DNA of 64,000 nucleotides, from assembly GCA_001730085.1 (NCBI GenBank), contig MDLB01000106.1, positions 12,137-76,136 of the forward strand, read 5' to 3'. The stretch comes from PVC group bacterium (ex Bugula neritina AB1). Lineage in GTDB: Bacteria; GCA-001730085. This document shows positions 1-8,383 of this stretch, piece by piece; positions within the stretch are counted from its first letter, which is position 1; each line of letters begins with the position of its first letter. The notes under the pieces are model-generated. The model was not told the origin of the DNA and did not search any database. It saw only the letters and a list, made by a program, of their open reading frames with translations. The translations under genes were made by a program, and so were the position numbers.

Positions 1-474
1 TTCTCACAAGTGGTTGGCTCCTTTTGGGAGTACTAAAGAAAGGAAGAACTTCTTAAGTCCCCTGATCAGTTCAAAAAAAATCTATAGGTAATATTAAATT
101 TTTAAATATATATATCATGTAAATTAAAATTATTGCAAAAGATTTCTTTAAGGTGCTTGAGCTCTTTTAAAAAATATAACATATCTATCTCCTAAAAGAG
201 TTAAAACTGCTTCTCTTTGGGTTCCTGCATATTTTTTAAAAGTCGCTTCATTAGCAATTTCAATTGAAGCTTATTTTCTATCATAACGCAAGCCTATTTG
301 TTCAAGAAAAAAATCATCGTACTCTTCAATGCACTGCAAAAAAGGCTTCCGGCTTCTTAGTTCAATAATATCCCTAGCTTGATCAACACTTTGAATACTT
401 ATACTGCTATACGTTAAGAAAGCAAAAAACTTTTTGAATATTTTTCCTTAGAAAGAGATAATAATCAAGGAGAA

Positions 475-792
475 ATGGAAATGAATAAGAAAAAATATAA
501 AGCAAAAGAACGGTTAATAATTGTACTTGAGGGAATAAAGGGGAATGTAAGCTTGGGGGAATTATGCAATCAATATGGGATTTCTCAACAAACCTATTAT
601 AATTGGAGAGATAGACTGCTATCTGAAGGGTCTAAAATTTTTTCCTATGGGGGAGTGGATAGAGAAAAAGATGTTCTAAAACAAGAGGGGAGTTGTCTAA
701 ACAGGAATAGCCTGAGGTTTTGTTTTATTCAGAAGGGCTTAGTTACTCATGGGGTTTATGGAAGCACCTGGGAGGTTCCCCCAAAAACTTAA
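475..792 (+). pseudogene. IS3-family transposase OrfA-like helix-turn-helix fragment (solo N-terminal part, no DDE/OrfB partner)
   Basis: Residues ERLIIVLEGIKGNVSLGELCNQYGISQQTYYNWRDRLLSEG look like the HTH N-terminus of IS3/IS911-type OrfA (from memory). AAGGAG at 466-471 precedes ATG 475/481. After about aa 70 the frame simply runs antisense into the 3' end of the neighbouring minus-strand gene. No transposase catalytic ORF follows. Confidence 0.5.
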
Positions 793-1311
793 CCTCATGG
801 TTCCATAGACGCCAGAAGAGAATCGGTTTTCTAAGTCAAAGTGGTCAATATTGATATCGAAGTCATTGTTTTCGATGCTGTCGATCATATATAAAAGAGT
901 ATCTTTTTCACATATAAACTCTATATCCACAGGTATGATAACAAGGTTATTTTTTAAGGGTTTTGTTTTTCCAAAAGTATAATGAATAAGGGTGTTAGGT
1001 TGATTATCTGTTAAAAACTCATGAAGAAAGTCTAAAATGAAGGCATGAGTTTCGGGGATAGATTTTATTTCTAGTTCTTTGATCCGAGAGTTCTTTAGGA
1101 AGGTTTTGAACTTTTTTAAATCTTGAGTGTAAAGCTTCTTATTTGAGGATAGATTTTTGTAAGATTGAAGCTTTTGACGCTGCAAAGAAAGATGATCTAT
1201 GGATGTGTCCTTTTTTAGTAAATAAGCCATAGGTATGGATATTAAGAGCACAAAGATGAATAAAGTCACAGGGAGGATGATCTCGCTATTGAAAAATTTA
1301 TTTTTGTTCAC
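739..1311 (-). CDS. GspM/PilO-like assembly-platform protein (190 aa, single N-terminal TM)
   Basis: Last gene of the overlapping pseudopilin operon. GTG start overlaps the upstream gene by 14 nt. TM helix ILPVTLFIFVLLISIPMAYLL. Assigned by position and topology only. Confidence 0.45.
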   Translation of the reverse strand: MNKNKFFNSEIILPVTLFIFVLLISIPMAYLLKKDTSIDHLSLQRQKLQSYKNLSSNKKLYTQDLKKFKTFLKNSRIKELEIKSIPETHAFILDFLHEFLTDNQPNTLIHYTFGKTKPLKNNLVIIPVDIEFICEKDTLLYMIDSIENNDFDINIDHFDLENRFSSGVYGTMRLSFWGNLPGASINPMSN

Positions 1312-2749
1312 GAACTTCTCCTTGTAAAAAAGAAAAATAAAAAGATGCTAACAAATAAAATTTTTGAGAATATAAAGAGTTTTTAGTAGGGATAGACTCA
1401 ACTGTTAAAGATTGTATATGAGAGCATAGCTTTAAGCTTTTAAGCACAGAAGACTTATTTGGCCCCCAAAGTTTTAAAATGATCTTGCCATCATCTTCTT
1501 TTGATAAGTTGGTAATATGTGATTCAGGTGGCAAATATTTATTTAAAATACTTATTAGGAATGTTAAATATGACTTTTTGCTGCTCAAGTTTATATGTGT
1601 ATTAGTTTTTTTGATTTCTGCACGAAGTTTTTTTTGTAAATGTTTTGACTTTTTGACAGAAGGCTCTAATTGAGAGATCTTTTTTTTGATAGGACAAAGT
1701 TTAGAAAAATATTTGTAAGGGTGGAAGAGAAAGCTGATCTGTATCAAAAGTAGTCCGGCCAAAAAGTAAGATATGGAAGAAGAGTATTTTTTTAAAAAAT
1801 GAGAGTCTTTTTCTTCGCCGCGAAGAGGTAGGTGAGTAGGTCCATTTATTATCGATAGGGCTTGCCCGAAGGGGAGGATGTACTCTTTGTCGATTGTATG
1901 CTCTAAAAATATATTATGCATTTGTAAATTTTTACATATATGATCGAGTAAAGGGTCCGAGATGTCTTTAACTGTATGAATTTTTAAGTGTTTTGGCCGA
2001 GAGGAAAATTCAAAAGTTTCATAATAGCTTAAGGCTGTCTCTATTTGTTCAAAAATGGGTTGATATAAATCAGAGTCAAGCTTTTCTTCTTGCCAACTTG
2101 AAGTTTCGATATGATCATTAAAAGACTTTGAAAATCGCAACATCCCTTCATGAAAAATGTGAATATAGTTTAGGTTTGGGTCTGTTAAATCTATCAAAAG
2201 GACGGTTTCTTCCTTAAAAGTTTTTGAATGATAAGCGTAATACGCTCCGAGAGATAAAGGTTTTAAAGCTATAAGAGGTGATTTTAAGCCATAGTCTAAC
2301 CACTTATCTTGATTCTTTTGAAACTGTTTCTTTGGTATCATGCTGACCAATATATGTGTATGATGAGGGCTGCTCAAGTCAAGCCTTGTGAAATCATAAA
2401 AAATATTAGAGATTTCGAAAGGGGTATGGCTTTTTAATTCAAAAGAGAGAGCTTTTCTTATCAAAGGGGTGTCCATTGGTGGAAGAGATATCTCTTTTAT
2501 CATCACTTCTGAGGTAGGAAGGAAAACCCAAGTGTTTCGTGCAGAGATTTGGCACTTTTTTAATATGAGACGTATTTTTGTTGCGATTTCCTCTGAAGAG
2601 GGAGAGTCGGTGAAATACTCGATCGCGTAACTTAAAATTTTAGGCTCGGTCCCTTGGGAGGAACATTTGAAAGCAGAGACAAAGTGATCATTGATCTCTA
2701 CGCACCCGATAGTGCTAAAATCTAATTTAGATAGAAAATTTTTAATCAT
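1298..2749 (-). CDS. GspL-like / PilM-PilN-fusion-like assembly protein (483 aa)
   Basis: Large cytoplasmic N-terminal part, one TM (ISYFLAGLLLIQISFLF), then a short C-terminal domain. ATGATTAA 8-nt overlap with the upstream gspK-like stop. Position matches gspL in G-H-I-J-K-L-M order. Confidence 0.5.
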   Translation of the reverse strand: MIKNFLSKLDFSTIGCVEINDHFVSAFKCSSQGTEPKILSYAIEYFTDSPSSEEIATKIRLILKKCQISARNTWVFLPTSEVMIKEISLPPMDTPLIRKALSFELKSHTPFEISNIFYDFTRLDLSSPHHTHILVSMIPKKQFQKNQDKWLDYGLKSPLIALKPLSLGAYYAYHSKTFKEETVLLIDLTDPNLNYIHIFHEGMLRFSKSFNDHIETSSWQEEKLDSDLYQPIFEQIETALSYYETFEFSSRPKHLKIHTVKDISDPLLDHICKNLQMHNIFLEHTIDKEYILPFGQALSIINGPTHLPLRGEEKDSHFLKKYSSSISYFLAGLLLIQISFLFHPYKYFSKLCPIKKKISQLEPSVKKSKHLQKKLRAEIKKTNTHINLSSKKSYLTFLISILNKYLPPESHITNLSKEDDGKIILKLWGPNKSSVLKSLKLCSHIQSLTVESIPTKNSLYSQKFYLLASFYFSFLQGEVREQK

Positions 2750-3830
2750 GATTGATCATTACCCAACTAATGATTTTGATATGATTGTTTTTGTCAAGTG
2801 TGAACACTCTTTCAAGAACAGCTTCAGCTTTAAAAAATATTTCTTTAGAGTTTTCTTCCGTCAAAGTGAGTATGATTTTATAAAAAGATGTCTCAAAAGA
2901 CAAATGTTTTTCTATGGTTTGGAGGACTTCTTCATCCAAGGTGAGCTGTTGCTCTGAATCTTGAGAGTTTTCAATTATCTTCGAAAAAAGGTGTTTTTGT
3001 TTTAGAAAATCTTTTAAAAAAGAACGTTTTTCTAGAGAGAGTCCGATATGCTTTAAAATGATGTCTCGAACTTCATCTGGGGCCTCATTGACATTGATAG
3101 AAGATTTTTGATTAATATGCTTTGTTAAAAGAGTTTTCACATGCTTATCTTCCAAAGTTTCATCTTTTAAGTCGTTATCGAAATCCCATGAAGAAGTGAA
3201 GTCCGTATCTTCTTTTTTCTTATCATGATCGCGTTGATCGTTAAACAGGTCAGATAAGTAATTCTCTATGAGTAGAAGGTCTTTGGGTGAAACCTTCTGA
3301 TTTTTAAAAAAAAGCAGTATTTGAGGAATTGTGGAGAAGTTTAAAGAAGGGTTCCCGTGCGTGGTTAAAAATTGGCTCCATTTTTTATTTTTATAATAAG
3401 GGTCGATATCAGATAAATGAGTGATCAATTGACCTTGTCGATGTGTTTTTCTTATTTTGCCTAAAACATGCGAGTCTATTCCTGGAACTTGTTGGAGAAG
3501 TTCCAAGGGGTGAAAGTTAACATTTAGACGACTGCCAATATCTCGGACCGTAATAGTATTTACAATATTTGTTTTCTCATACAAGATGGTCTCTGTGAGA
3601 TCTATAAGAGAGCTTTTGGCATGAGATTTTTGTGCTTTGATTTTCGATATAGCGATTTGTAAGCCGTTTTTCAGGTATTGTTTGTGGATTAAGGATTGTT
3701 GGTGTTTTTGTACAAGACTTTTGTTTGATTCAAATAAAAAAGACAAACAAGCCGTGAGTACCGTGAGGATATTGATAATCCATAAGGTGTAAATGAGAAT
3801 GAAACCTTTCGGATTAGATTTTTTGACCAT
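2742..3830 (-). CDS. gspK: Minor pseudopilin GspK-like
   Basis: N-terminus PKGFILIYTLWIINILTVL is prepilin-like but lacks Glu+5, as in GspK. Motif DIGSRLNVNFHPLELLQQVPGID resembles the GspK xLNLN/helix-hairpin region. ATG 3830 has GAGG 7 nt upstream; the ORF-track start 3842 is a TTG. Confidence 0.6.
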   Translation of the reverse strand: MVKKSNPKGFILIYTLWIINILTVLTACLSFLFESNKSLVQKHQQSLIHKQYLKNGLQIAISKIKAQKSHAKSSLIDLTETILYEKTNIVNTITVRDIGSRLNVNFHPLELLQQVPGIDSHVLGKIRKTHRQGQLITHLSDIDPYYKNKKWSQFLTTHGNPSLNFSTIPQILLFFKNQKVSPKDLLLIENYLSDLFNDQRDHDKKKEDTDFTSSWDFDNDLKDETLEDKHVKTLLTKHINQKSSINVNEAPDEVRDIILKHIGLSLEKRSFLKDFLKQKHLFSKIIENSQDSEQQLTLDEEVLQTIEKHLSFETSFYKIILTLTEENSKEIFFKAEAVLERVFTLDKNNHIKIISWVMINHD

Positions 3831-4401
3831 GTAATACCTCAAAAACTAGTTTTTTACCATTTTTTACTAAAGGAGAGTTTATCTCAACACGGATGTATAG
3901 AGGGTACTCATTTTTTGATTGGGGTGTGCTTGCCCATGCGTTTGTCGAAGCACTGTAATAGCTAAATCGAGCATCGGTAACGTTACTTATGACATGTTTA
4001 AGGATAGGCGCAGGAGTAATATTTTTTTTGTGTGTCTGGGTATTTTTTACGGGGGAAATGATGAACTCTAATTTTTTTTTATCTGCAACAAAGTTTAGAG
4101 AGACTTGTCGTTTAAAAATACCTTGAGAATTTTCTTGAAGGCTTATAAAAGAAAAATGAGAAGAGTTTCCTTCAAAATCAATAGAAGGATCGTTTGTTGA
4201 GTGGAAAAGGCTTTCTAGGTTTTTTAATAGAAAAGAGTGTAAAAGAAGTAAAGATGATGAAAAATAATTAGAGTTTAAATTTTTTTGATAACTTTTGAGT
4301 GAAAGATAGAATGTTCCTCCAATAGAGGATGTCACAATGGACCCTAAGGTGATCGCAACGATAACTTCTACAAGAGTCATTCCTCGACTAGATTTCATCA
4401 T
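3814..4401 (-). CDS. Minor pseudopilin GspJ-like
   Basis: Prepilin-type N-terminus SRGMTLVEVIVAITLGSIV (Gly, hydrophobic helix, Glu+5). Internal Met chosen as start because the longer ORF overlaps the upstream gene by 56 nt. Confidence 0.55.
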   Translation of the reverse strand: MMKSSRGMTLVEVIVAITLGSIVTSSIGGTFYLSLKSYQKNLNSNYFSSSLLLLHSFLLKNLESLFHSTNDPSIDFEGNSSHFSFISLQENSQGIFKRQVSLNFVADKKKLEFIISPVKNTQTHKKNITPAPILKHVISNVTDARFSYYSASTNAWASTPQSKNEYPLYIRVEINSPLVKNGKKLVFEVLHGQKI

Positions 4402-4783
4402 GATCCTCATCACTTTCCTCATATTCATAGTAATATGCATCATCAGAACCTTCAGACTCTTTATCAGAGGCTTCTTTTCTATGGAAAATGGACACGACTG
4501 AAGGGTAAGGGCTCCCCTCTAATAAAAAAGAGTATTCATTTATTTTTCCATCTAAAAGCTTTCTTTCAAGGGTTTTTTGAGTTTTAGGGGCGCTGAGAGA
4601 GTTTTGATTGTCTTTTTGTTCCAAGATATGGTTTTGTAAATCAATGGGTTGGAAAAAAAAATTTTCATGTTTGTGTGAGTTTCGTGTGTGTATAAAGAAA
4701 AACTGTATAAAAAGAGTTAAAGTGAGTGACGCTATCACGAAAGTTGTTAAAGTTTCGATAAGGGCGTAACCATTCTCATTCAT
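4388..4783 (-). CDS. Minor pseudopilin GspI-like with acidic Tyr-rich C-terminal tail
   Basis: N-terminus NGYALIETLTTFVIASLTL (Gly, Glu+5, hydrophobic helix). 4-nt overlap with upstream gene. Tail SDKESEGSDDAYYYEYEESDEDHDEI. Confidence 0.55.
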   Translation of the reverse strand: MNENGYALIETLTTFVIASLTLTLFIQFFFIHTRNSHKHENFFFQPIDLQNHILEQKDNQNSLSAPKTQKTLERKLLDGKINEYSFLLEGSPYPSVVSIFHRKEASDKESEGSDDAYYYEYEESDEDHDEI

Positions 4784-5334
4784 TTGACAGGCTCTTTCGT
4801 AGGAGAGTTAAGAAAGTTTTTAGGAGGGTCGAAGTTGTCATAGTGAGTAGGTAAAATTTCTTTTGAGAGAGTGATGGGGCTCTCTTTTTTTGGATCAACT
4901 ATTAAATCATGAGGAATGTTCTTGATTAAAAGAGGTAATGTTATAGGAGTGTAAATGCCGTCGGGAGATACATTTATAATAAAATATGTTTCACGGAGGT
5001 CTATTTTTTCTTCATTTAAAAGAAAAATACGAGGGATTTTAAAATCTTTTCTAAAAAAATGGATCACTTTTACCCAGTTGTTTGAGTTGCGGTTTTCTAG
5101 GAGGACTTTATAATCATGAAAGTCTAGGGTGATCCGGTAGGTTTTGTGCAATGTAAGTGCTGAATTCTGAACATGATTGAGGAGAGTGTTTAGCTTTTTG
5201 ATGAAAATTTTGGTTGTGTAACTATTTCTCGTGTTTACAAGAAGAGGCGCAGCAGTACCCAGCACTATGGCTAAGATAGTAAGTGTGATAAGAAGCTCTA
5301 TCAAAGTGAACCCTTTTTTGTGGCAATCAAGCAT
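4780..5334 (-). CDS. Minor pseudopilin GspH-like
   Basis: N-terminus KKGFTLIELLITLTILAIVLGTAAP. ATGCTTGA 8-nt overlap with the gspG stop. Confidence 0.6.
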   Translation of the reverse strand: MLDCHKKGFTLIELLITLTILAIVLGTAAPLLVNTRNSYTTKIFIKKLNTLLNHVQNSALTLHKTYRITLDFHDYKVLLENRNSNNWVKVIHFFRKDFKIPRIFLLNEEKIDLRETYFIINVSPDGIYTPITLPLLIKNIPHDLIVDPKKESPITLSKEILPTHYDNFDPPKNFLNSPTKEPVK

Positions 5335-5779
5335 CTTTCAGTGATTTCCAATTAACAATATCTTTATCAATGCCTTCTCCACCTTCTGCGCCATCGGCTC
5401 CATAACTTATGATGTCAAAAGAGGTTGGGTTTTGAAGACCCGGAGAGTTATAAATGTAGGGTTTTCCCCAAGGGTCAAGCGGGATGTTTTTCTTTATATA
5501 TGGGCCATTCCAGTCAGGAGTCAAAGGTTCTGTTTCTGGCTTTGTTCGTAAAGCTTCTAAACCTTGTTCTGTTGAGGGGTAATGACTGTTGTCGAGATAA
5601 TAATTGTCTAATGTCGCTGAAAAAATCTCGATTTGTGTTTGGCAAGAAGTTTGCTTAGCTTTGGAAATATGTTTCATTGTTTGAGGGTATGCTATAGCAC
5701 CCACGATAGAAATGATAACAATAACAACAAGTAGTTCAATGAGAGTGAATCCTTTAGGGGTTTTTGATATTTTTTTCAT
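5327..5779 (-). CDS. gspG: Type II secretion major pseudopilin GspG
   Basis: PKGFTLIELLVVIVIISIVGAIAYP prepilin N-terminus plus the GspG-typical LDPWGKPYIY and ISYGADG motifs. AAGGA Shine-Dalgarno. Start lies 18 nt after the uvrA stop. Confidence 0.85.
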   Translation of the reverse strand: MKKISKTPKGFTLIELLVVIVIISIVGAIAYPQTMKHISKAKQTSCQTQIEIFSATLDNYYLDNSHYPSTEQGLEALRTKPETEPLTPDWNGPYIKKNIPLDPWGKPYIYNSPGLQNPTSFDIISYGADGAEGGEGIDKDIVNWKSLKDA

Positions 5780-5797
5780 TTTTTATTCCTTATTTTT

Positions 5798-8383
5798 TTA
5801 TGAACTTTTGAAATATCTTTTCAAATAAAGACCTGTGTGTGACTTTTTAACTTTAGAAATGTTTTCGGGAGATCCTCTAGCAACGATATGTCCTCCTTCA
5901 GAACCTCCTTCTGGGCCCAGATCAACAATATGATCGGAAACTTTGATGACATCAAGGTTATGCTCAATCACTAAAACCGTGTTGCCTTTATCAACAAGTA
6001 AGTTTAAAACTTTTAGAAGCGTCTTTATGTCGTCAAAGTGGAGACCCGTTGTTGGTTCGTCTAGGAGATAAAGCGTTTTGCCTGTGGAGCGCTTTGTGAG
6101 CTCTTTGGAAAGCTTTATCCGTTGAGCTTCTCCTCCCGAGAGTGTTGTTGCGGACTGGCCAAGAGAAATATATCCGAGCCCAACATCACTTAAAGTTTTC
6201 AATGGTTTATAAATATTGGGTATATTTTTAAAAAAAGATAAACCTTCTTCCACAGATAAAGCCAAAACATCAGCAATAGAGTGCCCTTTGTATTTAACTT
6301 GAAGAGTTTCGGGGTTAAAGCGGTTCCCCTTACACTGTTCACATGTCACATAAATATCAGGCATAAAGTGCATTTCCATTTTTAGCTGGCCTGCCCCTTG
6401 ACAAGTTTCACACCTTCCACCTTTAATATTGAATGAAAATCGACCGAGTTGATATCCTCTTGCTGAAGATTCTGGCAGAGAGGCAAAAAAGTGACGGATG
6501 TGTGAAAATAAACCAATATAGGTTGAAACATTTGATCGAGGTGTTCGCCCGATAGGGGATTGGTTGATTAAAATGACTTTGTCTATGTTTTCGTATCCGG
6601 AAATTTTATCAAAGTTACCAACCTTGATTTCTGATTTATGGATTTTTTGCATGAGACCTTTATGGATGATTTCATGAACCAAAGTGCTTTTTCCTGATCC
6701 GGAAACACCTGTGATCGATACAAAGCATCCTAGAGGAATACTGACACTGATATTTTTTAAGTTATTGTGCTTGGCACCTTCTACGGATAAAAAGTTTCCG
6801 TTTCCGACTCTTCTTTTATCAGGAAGAGGAATATTTTTTTTCCCACTTAAGTATTGTCCTGTTAGAGATGTTTTAGAAGAAAGGATCTCTTTGTATGTCC
6901 CAGAAAAGGTTACTTCTCCACCGTGAATCCCTGCTAAAGGTCCGATATCGATAATCTGATCAGCTTTAGTCATCGTGTCTTCGTCATGTTCGATAATGAT
7001 TAAAGTGTTGCCTTTGTTTTTGAGATTTTCTAGGGTTTCAAGGAGTCGCTCATTATCTCTTTGATGAAGACCTATGCTAGGCTCATCAAGGACATAGAGA
7101 ACATTTACAAGCCCTGAACCTATTTGGGTTGCTAGTCGGATACGCTGAGCTTCTCCTCCTGAAAGAGTCGATGCTGAACGGTCTAAAGTTAGGTATTCTA
7201 AGCCTACATTTATAAGGAAAGATAGTCGACCTAGGATTTCTTGTAGGATTTTATCCCCGATCTTTTTTTCCTGTTCGCTTAAGGTGATTTTTTTTATAAA
7301 GCTGTAAGCTTCATGTATGGATAAAGTTGTGATATCAAAAATATTTAGATCTTTGACTTTTATACTTAAAGCCGCTGAGTTTAGCCTTTTACCTTCGCAT
7401 GTTTTACAAACCATGGAAGACATCTCTTGTTCAATTTTTTCTTTCACAGACTCAGATTGTGTTTTCTTATAACGTCTCATTAGCCAATATTGATTTTTAG
7501 AAGAGGATCGACTGCCTAGGCCTCCACAGTCCGAGCATGCGCCATAGGGGCTGTTAAAAGAGAAAAGTCTAGGCGAAATTTCCTTAAAGCTAAACCCACA
7601 TGCCAAACAAGAAAAATTTTCTGAATATAAAGATTCCTTTGTTGAGGTATGAATGATAACAAGGCCTTGGCTTAACTTAATCGCTGTTTCAACAGAATCT
7701 GCGAGACGTTCTTCATCTGTGAAAGGTGTTTTTAGGCGATCGACAACCACCTCTATATGGTGAACTTTGTATCTGTCACATGTGATTTTTTCTTCAAGAG
7801 AGTGAATGTCTCCATTAACCCGAACACGTAGATACCCTTCTTTGCGTAGTTTTTTAAAAACTTCTTTATGTTCTCCTTTTACGCCTCGAATGATTGGGGC
7901 AAGGATCATCGCTTTGTCAGCGATTGAGCTATTGAGAGCGCTTATTCGGATTTTGTCGATGATTTGACTGATAGAAGTTTGTGTTATAGGCAAAGAGCAT
8001 TTCGGGCAGTAGGGTTGGCCTAGATGAGTATAAAGAAGTCGAATATGATCGTAAATCTCTGTCATTGTTCCAACCGTTGAACGAGGGTTCTTACTTGTTG
8101 ACTTTTGATCAATAGCGATAGCCGGAGAGAGCCCTGTTATATGCTCGACATTTGGTTTTTCCATAAGACCTAAAAACTGGCGCGCGTAAGGAGAAAGAGA
8201 TTCGACGTATCGACGTTGACCTTCTGCGTATACGGTATCCATGACTAAGGATGATTTTCCTGAGCCGCTAAGCCCTGTGACAACAATGAACTTGTATCTA
8301 TTAAAAATGACAGAAATGTCTTTTAAATTGTGCTCTTTGGCTCCAACGACTTCGATGTCATTCACTTTATTTAAGTCCTCCAC
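5798..8383 (-). CDS. uvrA: Excinuclease ABC subunit A (UvrA), short form, 861 aa
   Basis: Two ABC modules (GLSGSGKSS, GVSGSGKST, two LSGGEAQR signatures), Cys-x2-Cys zinc modules, GTG start. About 80 aa shorter than the ~940-aa forms I remember. Confidence 0.95.
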   Translation of the reverse strand: MEDLNKVNDIEVVGAKEHNLKDISVIFNRYKFIVVTGLSGSGKSSLVMDTVYAEGQRRYVESLSPYARQFLGLMEKPNVEHITGLSPAIAIDQKSTSKNPRSTVGTMTEIYDHIRLLYTHLGQPYCPKCSLPITQTSISQIIDKIRISALNSSIADKAMILAPIIRGVKGEHKEVFKKLRKEGYLRVRVNGDIHSLEEKITCDRYKVHHIEVVVDRLKTPFTDEERLADSVETAIKLSQGLVIIHTSTKESLYSENFSCLACGFSFKEISPRLFSFNSPYGACSDCGGLGSRSSSKNQYWLMRRYKKTQSESVKEKIEQEMSSMVCKTCEGKRLNSAALSIKVKDLNIFDITTLSIHEAYSFIKKITLSEQEKKIGDKILQEILGRLSFLINVGLEYLTLDRSASTLSGGEAQRIRLATQIGSGLVNVLYVLDEPSIGLHQRDNERLLETLENLKNKGNTLIIIEHDEDTMTKADQIIDIGPLAGIHGGEVTFSGTYKEILSSKTSLTGQYLSGKKNIPLPDKRRVGNGNFLSVEGAKHNNLKNISVSIPLGCFVSITGVSGSGKSTLVHEIIHKGLMQKIHKSEIKVGNFDKISGYENIDKVILINQSPIGRTPRSNVSTYIGLFSHIRHFFASLPESSARGYQLGRFSFNIKGGRCETCQGAGQLKMEMHFMPDIYVTCEQCKGNRFNPETLQVKYKGHSIADVLALSVEEGLSFFKNIPNIYKPLKTLSDVGLGYISLGQSATTLSGGEAQRIKLSKELTKRSTGKTLYLLDEPTTGLHFDDIKTLLKVLNLLVDKGNTVLVIEHNLDVIKVSDHIVDLGPEGGSEGGHIVARGSPENISKVKKSHTGLYLKRYFKSS

